Notes under the pieces: model-generated
The model's database searches: none
What the model was told of the DNA's origin: nothing
The model's input: the letters and a program-made list of their open reading frames with translations, nothing else
Shown: positions 12,122 to 20,404 of the stretch, piece by piece
How the letters are laid out: every line of letters starts with the position of its first letter
Position numbering within the stretch: position 1 is the stretch's first letter
From: a virus
IMG/VR virus record: IMGVR_UViG_3300017779_000074
Direction: 5' to 3' (one strand)
DNA: 31,921 bases
Program-made: the position numbers and the translations under genes

Positions 12122-12408
12122 CACCACTTTACCTTGTCAGCCCAGTAAGCTGCACTCATCTTACCCTTGGCTATATTCTTAGCGTGTCGGGCTTTGAATG
12201 AAGCTCGTTTAGCTTTCATCTTATCTGACTCACCCTTCTTAGGTGCGCCAGCAGTTTTAGCGCCTTGCTCACCGAATCTAATAAGTTTAGTCTCACTTCC
12301 TGTTTTAGCAAGTACAACGTGAGATTTAGTTGGGTGATTAGGAGTGCGCTTTGGTTTGTTGAAACCTTCTAAGCGATTCTTAGTCAATCTTGGGTCTTTA
12401 GTAGCCAT
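12121..12408 (-). CDS. Basic protein (95 aa)
   Basis: MATKDPRLTKNRLEGFNKPKRTPNHPTKSHVVLAK...SAAYWADKVKW. Lys/Arg-rich with no hydrophobic segment. Confidence 0.65.
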   Translation of the reverse strand: MATKDPRLTKNRLEGFNKPKRTPNHPTKSHVVLAKTGSETKLIRFGEQGAKTAGAPKKGESDKMKAKRASFKARHAKNIAKGKMSAAYWADKVKW

Positions 12409-12412
12409 AGTA

Positions 12413-12808
12413 TTAACCTAGCGGATTTTTACTGCTTCTTTCAATCTTATCAATAATCCTTTCAATTTTGCTTTCCATATCGCGTATTCGGCTTTTATTG
12501 ACGCGAACGCCGCTTTGAATTTCACTTGTATCTGTTTCTTTGATTCCACTAATCTTTGTTTCAACATTTTTAATGTTCCCCTCAATTGTCGCTATGGTTG
12601 CTTGGATATGCCCTATATCGCTATTAGACTGCGTTACCTCTAAGGTTGTCAAACGCTTCTCTAAACTGCGTATTTCTTCGACATTATAAATCTCAGCCAT
12701 CTTGCCTTCTAGGGCTTCTAGCTTAGTTTCCATTGTAACAAACGAGGCTATAACACCAGCGAAGGCAGTAGCTATTCCAATCCAAGTGCTTATTTGTTCT
12801 GCTTTCAT
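12413..12808 (-). CDS. N-terminally membrane-anchored coiled-coil protein (131 aa), i-spanin-like layout
   Basis: The TM span WIGIATAFAGVIASFV is followed by heptad-like repeats (LEALEGKM, LEKRLTTLE, IEGNIKNVETKI, MESKIERIIDKIE). Confidence 0.6.
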   Translation of the reverse strand: MKAEQISTWIGIATAFAGVIASFVTMETKLEALEGKMAEIYNVEEIRSLEKRLTTLEVTQSNSDIGHIQATIATIEGNIKNVETKISGIKETDTSEIQSGVRVNKSRIRDMESKIERIIDKIERSSKNPLG

Positions 12809-13593
12809 TACGGTAACATCTCTATATTGTGATCTGGGATAGGGTAGAACTCACCCTGCATATTTGTATTTACGAGCCAAAACTCATTCTCTACACCTAC
12901 GACTTCACCAGCCCAAGCTACGTTAAGCTGGTCTAAATACATCTGGTCTATTTGCACAGATGCGGAATCGTAGAATGCCTGAACAGTATCGGAAGCCTGT
13001 GTGACAAAGGTCGTTGATTCAATTATCGCCCCTGCATACTGTTCAAGCATATTTTTTGTACGACTAGCCACAACCATTCCTTCTATACTGGCTGCGTACT
13101 TGTCGCGCGTTTCTTGTTTTATTGATCTCAGGTCGTTATCTGTAGCATACTTTTCCATACCGATCTTAGTTGACTCATCGGCAACTTCTATCTCGGCAGC
13201 GATAGCGGTAACAGCAGCCATTTGCTCTGCTTCCTCTATCATTGCATCTTTTTGATTCTCGAACTCGACTTGCTGACCGATTATCTGATCTTGTATTAAC
13301 AGACCAGTAAGGTGCTCTTGAGTGGATTGTTGTAGGGCAAGATCATAGGCAGCATTAAAGGCATCAAGCTGCTGTTGAGTAACGTGGTATTCGACACCAG
13401 TGTCGGGGTCAACGATGACACTAGCACCAGTGACCATATTTTCAGCCATTTGCGAGATGAAATTGTTAGCTCCTTCACCGATGAGGGAGTTTATTACGGC
13501 TGTGTGATCTTGCAGCTCTGTCTGGCTTTTCGCGGTAAACGACAGGGCGATCAGGGACAGCATCAGGGCGATTTTTGTAGAAAGTGTACGCAT
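12808..13593 (-). CDS. Secreted (Sec signal peptide) helical protein (261 aa)
   Basis: MRTLSTKIALMLSLIALSFTAKSQ is a classical n-h-c signal peptide with no lipobox Cys. The start lies 119 nt inside the upstream gene, in another frame. Confidence 0.65.
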   Translation of the reverse strand: MRTLSTKIALMLSLIALSFTAKSQTELQDHTAVINSLIGEGANNFISQMAENMVTGASVIVDPDTGVEYHVTQQQLDAFNAAYDLALQQSTQEHLTGLLIQDQIIGQQVEFENQKDAMIEEAEQMAAVTAIAAEIEVADESTKIGMEKYATDNDLRSIKQETRDKYAASIEGMVVASRTKNMLEQYAGAIIESTTFVTQASDTVQAFYDSASVQIDQMYLDQLNVAWAGEVVGVENEFWLVNTNMQGEFYPIPDHNIEMLP

Positions 13594-14068
13594 CTTGACC
13601 TATTAGTCCTTGGTTTGTGGGGCAGGGTGTACCCGATTCATATAATGCCCACCATACTCGGTGATCTTGGCACATTATAGATACAGCCCCCACTTTCAAG
13701 CCTAATGCCTGTAGCTGCTTACTGAGCTTCAATAGCTCACAGTTATTATCGCGAATGGGGCTTCCAATCGCAAGCCCAAACATCTGAGTCTGTACGCCAG
13801 CACCACCAGAGAACACGCAAACGTCCTGATTGTACGCAGGTGAGCTAGGAGCTACGGCAGTATTAACTACAGCGCCTTCTTGAGTAACTGTCGTAGTCGT
13901 CCTGTTATCAATGCTCTCGGCACTTTGCTGGTTGTTAGAACCGAAGTCGCCAACTGTAGCTGCCTGTTCTTCTTGAGCGTTAGATAAGTTTGATAATAGC
14001 GATAACAAAAAGACTAGGTGCAAACGCGCAAGTAATGACCGTTTTATATAAGCCACCGATCTTGTCAT
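13475..14068 (-). CDS. Secreted Cys-containing protein (197 aa)
   Basis: I prefer the ATG at 14068: MTRSVAYIKRSLLARLHLVFLLSLLSNLSNA/QEE is signal-peptide-like. The mature part has four Cys. The ORF-track start is 14089. Confidence 0.55.
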   Translation of the reverse strand: MTRSVAYIKRSLLARLHLVFLLSLLSNLSNAQEEQAATVGDFGSNNQQSAESIDNRTTTTVTQEGAVVNTAVAPSSPAYNQDVCVFSGGAGVQTQMFGLAIGSPIRDNNCELLKLSKQLQALGLKVGAVSIMCQDHRVWWALYESGTPCPTNQGLIGQDAYTFYKNRPDAVPDRPVVYREKPDRAARSHSRNKLPHR

Positions 14069-14222
14069 CGAGTTTTTCCAATCTATCATCTAACTTCTCC
14101 AGCCTTCCTTTTCGTTCCTCAAGAGTTTTCTCGATATTCTCATATCGTACAGCACATACAGATTCGTGGCTCTCGATCTTACTGAGAGCCTTGTCGATTT
14201 TCTGTTCCATTGATAAGTCCAT
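13980..14222 (-). CDS. Tail-anchored coiled-coil membrane protein (80 aa)
   Basis: An N-terminal charged coiled coil (LEERKGRLEKLDDRLEKLDDKI) and a C-terminal TM (VITCAFAPSLFVIAIIKLI). The layout recalls XhlA-type lysis-associated proteins (memory only). Confidence 0.55.
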   Translation of the reverse strand: MDLSMEQKIDKALSKIESHESVCAVRYENIEKTLEERKGRLEKLDDRLEKLDDKIGGLYKTVITCAFAPSLFVIAIIKLI

Positions 14223-14779
14223 TATTTGATTATATCGCTATACACTTGTAAGCCGCGATCAAATCCTAGTGGTTGTGTTGCCTCTCTCACTATAGAGCCT
14301 TCCACTTCAGTGGCTGTATCAAATGCAGAATCATCTATAACAGTTATCTTAATCTCAGCCGTTGTTCCGTTTGTGTAGTGTGTTTTTAACTCTGCTCCAA
14401 CGTGCGAAGGTGCGTACGGGCTAATAGCTTCTGCGTAATAGGTAGCTGCAAATGGGTCGCCTTCTATATTGACAACACCGTCTGCACCTACGTTATATGG
14501 CGTAGCACCGTCTATTGAGACTTGGAAATAGTCAGCAGTTGCCAAGCTACCCTCGCTTCTATCTGTGAGCACAATGTAGCCCGCAGTATCAGTGTAAGAG
14601 CTAAAACCCCTAAACCATTTGGGTGGGTTTCCTGACACTAACATACCTAACTCTGGCACTTGTGTTGCTGTGCTAGGGTTGAAGTCATCAACAAGCATAG
14701 AGAATCCGTGGAGCAAACTAGCACCCTGCCAGTTGAACTCACCACACTTTACTCGTATTGTAAAAGTGTTATTACTCAT
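14222..14779 (-). CDS. Hypothetical late protein (185 aa), probably virion-associated
   Basis: Beta-rich composition. TAATG couples it to the next gene. Sits downstream of the fibre-like genes. Confidence 0.6.
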   Translation of the reverse strand: MSNNTFTIRVKCGEFNWQGASLLHGFSMLVDDFNPSTATQVPELGMLVSGNPPKWFRGFSSYTDTAGYIVLTDRSEGSLATADYFQVSIDGATPYNVGADGVVNIEGDPFAATYYAEAISPYAPSHVGAELKTHYTNGTTAEIKITVIDDSAFDTATEVEGSIVREATQPLGFDRGLQVYSDIIK

Positions 14780-14781
14780 AG

Positions 14782-15042
14782 CTAAGATGCTCTAGTTTCG
14801 CTAATCCAGACTTGGCTTGTGCCGATACTTGCTGTTTGATTTGAAGTTGAGCCGCTTACAACAAAGTAAGGAGTTAAAACTATTTCCTTAATAGAGTCTG
14901 CTGAAAATGTTTCAATTAAAGTCCAGTGGCTACCTTCGATACTGCCCCAAAGAGATACGTTAGTATCGCCCTTGTCAACCTGAAGTACGCCTGTATCACT
15001 GCTAAGTGGTTTAAAATTTGTTCCTGCTGCTAGTTTAGTCAT
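14782..15042 (-). CDS. Hypothetical late protein (86 aa)
   Basis: First ORF after the 64-nt gap at 15043..15106. RBS is ACAGGTGA. Confidence 0.6.
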   Translation of the reverse strand: MTKLAAGTNFKPLSSDTGVLQVDKGDTNVSLWGSIEGSHWTLIETFSADSIKEIVLTPYFVVSGSTSNQTASIGTSQVWISETRAS

Positions 15043-15106
15043 TTTGTTTCACCTGTTCGTTAATTTGTTAAATACTATAATCTGCTTGTTTATGAATTTT
15101 TAAAAG

Positions 15107-15706
15107 TTAAAAAGAATCTTTCAAAGCTCTTATATAATGATCTGTGCTAGTCTTTCTCCAAGCACCAAAAATGTTATGATCTGAAGGAATATAAACATCA
15201 CCGAATGGATTGTTTACATAAATAAATATATAACCATCGGCACTATTCCAAGTAGTACCTGTATTGCCATCAGATACTTTTATCGTAATTTTATCCCCGC
15301 CAGCGAAAGTATCTTGTCGCCAAGTCTCTTGTGTACCTGAGCTAGTCGCTGTGGTAGCAACTAAACTACCATTTTTGTAGTATTTGATTCTGGCGTGAGA
15401 GTTAGAATCCCCTACAGTGACTAAGTGTACAGTATACTGACCATCTCTAGCAGCATAAAAATAAGAGCTTTCAATATCATTTTCACCGTCAGAAGAAATT
15501 TTTGTAACTCTAGCGCCAAAAATTAGATTAGTCTTTGTGCTCGCTGTGGAAGTTGCATTAAAAAGACCTGCTGGCTTTATTTTAGGCGCGTCAGGCTCAC
15601 CCTCTCTTATGGCTTCTTGGTTTTCAACGAGCGTAGTTAATAGCTGTACGCTAATCGGTGCGCCAGCCGCTATAGATGTGTTTGGTATTTCTCTATAAGT
15701 TGCCAT
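15107..15706 (-). CDS. Fibre/receptor-binding-like paralog 3 (199 aa)
   Basis: It shares the N-terminal block MATYREIPNTSIAAGAPISVQLLTTLVENQEAIREG and the C-terminal NNPF block with the two upstream genes. Confidence 0.6.
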   Translation of the reverse strand: MATYREIPNTSIAAGAPISVQLLTTLVENQEAIREGEPDAPKIKPAGLFNATSTASTKTNLIFGARVTKISSDGENDIESSYFYAARDGQYTVHLVTVGDSNSHARIKYYKNGSLVATTATSSGTQETWRQDTFAGGDKITIKVSDGNTGTTWNSADGYIFIYVNNPFGDVYIPSDHNIFGAWRKTSTDHYIRALKDSF

Positions 15707-16297
15707 CTAAAAAATATCCACTGGCGTTAAGGTTGGCTTTGCTAGAACGAATGTTTCTTCTTCATTTATAAACCCATACATACAAGAGTAATCTGTGTGC
15801 GGGTTGCTTGTGTAAATCCAAGAGTTACAGTATACATAGCCTGAGCTGTCTGCTGCGTCTTTAGTTAGCTCTATTTCTATCAAATCTCTGCGGTTTAAAT
15901 TTATCAAAATATGCTCATCTAGTGCAGCTCCAGCAGCCGCAGTTAGCACATTAGATACAGCGCCATTGACTTTAGTGGTGATAGTCCCGCCAGCAGTGTC
16001 AGTTATTCTGTGGTGTATATTATAATTTCCACCCCTATTTACTCTAAATGGAATACCTAGTGCTGTAGAGTTACTCCCGCCAGCATTTAAACGTGTCGCC
16101 CTAAAAGCAAGTAATTTGTCTTTTTGCCCTAGTGTAGCAGTGGAATTCTCAAGCGCGAGATTTTCGTACTTATCATCGGCAGGTGAGTTGCCCTCTGCCG
16201 CTGCTATAGGGTTATCTCTCAACTTCTCGAATAACTGGCACGTTATAGGTTTACCGAAGCCTATCTCTGATGGTCTGATCTGTTTATAAGTCGTCAT
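15707..16297 (-). CDS. Fibre/receptor-binding-like paralog 2 (196 aa)
   Basis: MTTYKQIRPSEIGFGKPITCQLFEKLRDNPIAAAEG ... RGGNYNI ... YTSNPH. It abuts both neighbours with no gap. Confidence 0.6.
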   Translation of the reverse strand: MTTYKQIRPSEIGFGKPITCQLFEKLRDNPIAAAEGNSPADDKYENLALENSTATLGQKDKLLAFRATRLNAGGSNSTALGIPFRVNRGGNYNIHHRITDTAGGTITTKVNGAVSNVLTAAAGAALDEHILINLNRRDLIEIELTKDAADSSGYVYCNSWIYTSNPHTDYSCMYGFINEEETFVLAKPTLTPVDIF

Positions 16298-17023
16298 TTA
16301 AACTGCCGAAGTATGGTCAAAATTTAATGGAAAAGTTGGATAAGGAGCAAAATGAGCAGCCATTAACTCAAACTGAAGCGGGTATGCGTAGAGAGAATAC
16401 TGACCAACTCCTACATCTTCCCTGAAAGGGTTAGAAGAATATATCAAAACAGTTATACGGCTAAAGCCCCAAGTTGAGTTTGTTGTGCTACCGAACATTT
16501 GTATTTTTAATACATCGCCAGCAGTGAAGGTTTGGTTATGTACTGTAATAGTTTCCCCATCTGCGCCTGATGTCTGGGCGGTAGTATGAACAACGCTATC
16601 ATCTATAAGGATTTTTGTTCCTATTTGCTCTTGAATAAATTGGTTTTTTTGAAGTATAACGAAAGTATACTCCCCACCTCTTGACATCGTAAAAGCTGCT
16701 GACGTTATATCAGCGTCCATTTTGCCCTTGCCAGCAGTGTTAAATGTTCCGTTATCTATCATAACTGAATGAACGAGATACTCATTGAATGGAGCGAGTA
16801 TAGTATAAGTCTCAAATTCTGGTAAATCCCCTATCGAGTCATCGCCTAACGCTTCTGGTGCGCCATCTACAGTTGAGCTGGCTAGAGCTGCGAACTGTAT
16901 GCTTGGTGCAGCACCCAACCCTTCAACAATTGCCTCTCCGTTATCTCTAATAGCAGTGATAATGCTAGAAGTTAAAGGTGCATCTAGCCCTATGTCTGCA
17001 TCTTGTATAACCGTGTAACCCAT
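16298..17023 (-). CDS. Fibre/receptor-binding-like paralog 1 (241 aa)
   Basis: MGYTVIQDADIGLDAPLTSSIITAIRDNGEAIVEG ... RGGEYTF ... YSSNPF. It follows the large tail-tip gene directly. Confidence 0.6.
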   Translation of the reverse strand: MGYTVIQDADIGLDAPLTSSIITAIRDNGEAIVEGLGAAPSIQFAALASSTVDGAPEALGDDSIGDLPEFETYTILAPFNEYLVHSVMIDNGTFNTAGKGKMDADITSAAFTMSRGGEYTFVILQKNQFIQEQIGTKILIDDSVVHTTAQTSGADGETITVHNQTFTAGDVLKIQMFGSTTNSTWGFSRITVLIYSSNPFREDVGVGQYSLYAYPLQFELMAAHFAPYPTFPLNFDHTSAV

Positions 17024-20000
17024 TTATGCCACCGTATATGGTTCTTGACCGCCAGACATTCTAGCGCGTTTTGTTATTTTAATACTTAAACCAGTCCCAC
17101 TGCTACCTGTACCAGTTAAAGTTTCTTCCGCTCCATAGCCATCGTGAACGGCTGATGGAAGTGCTCCTGATGCTGCATTTGAGCTAATTGAATTTATTGC
17201 GGTAATTGCGCCGTTAGTCTGCGTGTAAGTTACAGCTAGGTTTCTAGTATTAGCCGCCATACCAGTATACTCAGACTCATCAGGCGTAAACTCTATAGTC
17301 TCTCCGTTGCCAAAATCCTGACCGCCATTTAAAATCTGTACAGTTAAATGGTTTTCATCAGATAAGTAAATACCTACAGCTCGATCCCCAGTGTAAGGGT
17401 TAGTTGAAGTACCATCGCCACCGCTACCTGCGTCATCGAAGGCATCAGTATTGCCGTCACCAACTGAGCCAGTATTTATAGTGCCAAAATTAAATTGCTT
17501 TGCTTTTATAATGTACGATTGTGTTTTTCTATCCAGCTTTACTGACAAACACTGCATTTCTGAGGTAGATGGGCGACCATCAAAGTCTACAATATGTTTT
17601 GTATTTAAAAAGAAATGGTCGCCAGTTTTTACATTAGCATTAGACGCATCTACTTTGAATGTTAGAGTTTTTGGTGTGGTTTTGAACCTTCCTAAAACCC
17701 TTTGTGCAACGCTACTGGCAGTTGATGTATCATTAATCCCATAAGCGAATAAAGTTTTAATACCTGCTACACCATACTCGCTCGCAGTTTCACCATCTGA
17801 GTCAGCAGCGATGAATAAGTTTCTAAAGTTTTTCGGGCTATCCCTAGACTCTGTATGATTTTTCATATTGTAATAATAATAAACTCTTGAAATTCTTTCT
17901 TTTTCTGAGTTTATAAATTTAACGCTATCTTCAACAATAACATCGTCAGTGATAGTTTTTAATGAGCTAGCGTCCAGCTCAGGCGTTTCAGCCTTCATAA
18001 TAATTTTTGCTGCTAACTCATCATAAAAGAAATTAACACCGACCATACTGCCTAGCTGTGATAGCTGTTTATTCACCTCTTTAGGCTCACTAAAGATTGC
18101 GTCTATTCTATAAGAAGAAAGCCAAGCGGTTTTTTCGTCTGCCCAAGAGTACAGTCTATTAGGTATATTAGTGATTGCTTCTGCTGGAACTCCAGCCTGA
18201 TTAACCAGTAGATCATAAGCAACATCATTAATAGTTTGATTTGTACCACCGCCATCGTACTGCCCATAGAAAACACACTTTTGTACGGTATCTCCAGACT
18301 TGTGAGCATCTTGTATAGTCCCCCATTCGGCACGACCACTACTCTCTAAGTCCATATTTGCGTCACCCGCTGCGCGAGTGTATGCGATTATTTCCTTATT
18401 AATTCTTATAAAGCCGCTTGTACCATATTCGGCTTGTATTTGTACCGCTGTTGCATCAGCACCATCAATAGTTAAGACTACATTGTGTGCAGTGCCTGTA
18501 TTAAGATCGGCTTTTAAAGAAAATTCTGAAGGTACTGGTACTTTAGCTTTTAGCTCGTCAGCTAGAGTCATCGGGTCTTTACACTTGATAGTCAGCACAT
18601 CTTTATCTAGCTGAAAGCTATCTATAACATAATCTTTTCTGCCGTCTGCTACCTGAGCTACATTAGTGTTATCTATGTAGCCATCGTATACCCTAATTTT
18701 TCTACCAACATAAAAAGCATTTCTCTGTACTAGCTTTTGTAGGTAGCTGCCGTTTTCCAATGCAATTAAATTTCTAGTCTCAAAGTAAGGGTCAACGTCA
18801 GCGCCAGTCGTGTAAAAATCCCTCAACTTAATTGTTACGTTAGCTCTTAGAGATACGCCTTGAGTCGGTACAATCTCTACAGGTGCGCTAGTTACGGAAA
18901 TAAGTGCGGGATATGCGTTTTTAAACTGTCTAGCAGAATTAAATGAGCCGCCTTCTTCGCTGCCAAACCTGTAGGCTAATTTGCCGTTAGTGCTTAACCT
19001 GTAATTGGAAATATCCTGACAAGTTGTTTTAGTGTTGTAGCACTCGTTACCCGCACCAGCATTAGCTGTGCAAGTGCTAGGTGCTGTACTGTTGCCATAT
19101 TCGTTATCGCAGAAGTCCAAAAACATCTCAACAAGCTGCACTGGTTTTCGTGGCGATAATCTATGTGCGCCATTAAAGAACAAAGAGCTATCTTGCTCTG
19201 GTGGTAAAGGCGGTGCATTAGGGTCTGCTTCTGGGTCTTCTGGTGCTGGGTTTTCTGGTGTTGTAGGCTGCACTGGTGGCGTGTCAGGGTCAGCAGGCTG
19301 CTCAGGTGTCGTTTCAGTAATTGGTGCTGCATTTGTAAGTGTTGGCGGCTGCCCTTTATAAATATGGTCAGCAGGTAGAACATCTAAGCTATACTTATGC
19401 TCTAGGTAGCCGTACATCTTAGCTCTTTCAGTGCTATCTAAAATCCTATCGAATATAAGATATTCGTAGACCGTACCCTTACGAGACTTGTTCGCCGCGA
19501 AAGTCTCATCGCACATAATGGACGGCTCTATAACGCTAGGGAAGTCGCAAGTAGGCAGGTCAGAGGTTAAAGTGCCAGCATTCAGTTGGAATTTACCTAG
19601 TACAGTCTCACTAAGCTGTATCATATAAATTCTATCAAAGCCCTCGAAAGAACCAATATTAGTGAAGTTAAATGCCTGTCCGTTATCTTTCCTTTTGTAG
19701 CTGACAGTTTCGGTGTAAGACTGAGCATTAGAGTTGTCTACCGCTATCTCAATCTTCTCGCTTGCATCATTAAACGATAATGTAAAAAATGGGTCTGTAT
19801 TTGTATCAGCCCTTAAATTACAGGCGATAAAAAAAGTAAAGTTTGTTGAGGGTAATATATCTCCACCTACTCTGTAGTGGTCTGAGCGCCCTGCCTCTGA
19901 GTTAAATAAAAATCCGCCGCGATACGCTACCTCTGTAACTGTAAATACGGCATTAGTTCCACCGCTATTCTGGTCGCTTGTTTCTACTAATGTATCACCT

Positions 20001-20404
20001 ACCTCATAACCTTGTGAGCCACCTATACTTGCGACACTTACTACTGCTCCGCCGAGTATAGATAAGTTAAGTAAAACTTTAGACCTGTCTGTCCTTCCTG
20101 TAGTATCGTGAACTTCAAAATCTGTTATAACGCCATTATCAGCGCCACCTACAGAATATCCTGTACCAGCGGTTGTTATAGATAGCTTTACAATACTACC
20201 TGACGCTAAGTATTTAGGTAAGGTTGCGTTACCTTTTGCCCCACTCAGCGTAGATTCCGCATTATTCCCCTTGCCTTTATTCCGCCAATAAGTAGCACCG
20301 AAACGGCTCGGCAGGGAAGCCCTGTCATTGCCGTTAGGGTCTTGACCATCGAGCCAAGTGTAAAGGCTGCTTGATAAATGCTCAGGCGTGAAAGGAGTGG
20401 TCAT
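17024..20404 (-). CDS. Large tail-tip / host-specificity protein (1126 aa)
   Basis: It is the largest ORF and sits after the tape measure and a 302-aa tail protein. The N-terminal ~350 aa end in a LamG-like signature (YEYLIFDRILDSTERAKMYGYLEHKYSL). A Pro-rich linker follows (PEQPADPDTPPVQPTTPENPAPEDPEADPNAPPLPPEQ), then a Cys motif (ECYNTKTTCQDISNY). Confidence 0.7.
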   Translation of the reverse strand: MTTPFTPEHLSSSLYTWLDGQDPNGNDRASLPSRFGATYWRNKGKGNNAESTLSGAKGNATLPKYLASGSIVKLSITTAGTGYSVGGADNGVITDFEVHDTTGRTDRSKVLLNLSILGGAVVSVASIGGSQGYEVGDTLVETSDQNSGGTNAVFTVTEVAYRGGFLFNSEAGRSDHYRVGGDILPSTNFTFFIACNLRADTNTDPFFTLSFNDASEKIEIAVDNSNAQSYTETVSYKRKDNGQAFNFTNIGSFEGFDRIYMIQLSETVLGKFQLNAGTLTSDLPTCDFPSVIEPSIMCDETFAANKSRKGTVYEYLIFDRILDSTERAKMYGYLEHKYSLDVLPADHIYKGQPPTLTNAAPITETTPEQPADPDTPPVQPTTPENPAPEDPEADPNAPPLPPEQDSSLFFNGAHRLSPRKPVQLVEMFLDFCDNEYGNSTAPSTCTANAGAGNECYNTKTTCQDISNYRLSTNGKLAYRFGSEEGGSFNSARQFKNAYPALISVTSAPVEIVPTQGVSLRANVTIKLRDFYTTGADVDPYFETRNLIALENGSYLQKLVQRNAFYVGRKIRVYDGYIDNTNVAQVADGRKDYVIDSFQLDKDVLTIKCKDPMTLADELKAKVPVPSEFSLKADLNTGTAHNVVLTIDGADATAVQIQAEYGTSGFIRINKEIIAYTRAAGDANMDLESSGRAEWGTIQDAHKSGDTVQKCVFYGQYDGGGTNQTINDVAYDLLVNQAGVPAEAITNIPNRLYSWADEKTAWLSSYRIDAIFSEPKEVNKQLSQLGSMVGVNFFYDELAAKIIMKAETPELDASSLKTITDDVIVEDSVKFINSEKERISRVYYYYNMKNHTESRDSPKNFRNLFIAADSDGETASEYGVAGIKTLFAYGINDTSTASSVAQRVLGRFKTTPKTLTFKVDASNANVKTGDHFFLNTKHIVDFDGRPSTSEMQCLSVKLDRKTQSYIIKAKQFNFGTINTGSVGDGNTDAFDDAGSGGDGTSTNPYTGDRAVGIYLSDENHLTVQILNGGQDFGNGETIEFTPDESEYTGMAANTRNLAVTYTQTNGAITAINSISSNAASGALPSAVHDGYGAEETLTGTGSSGTGLSIKITKRARMSGGQEPYTVA

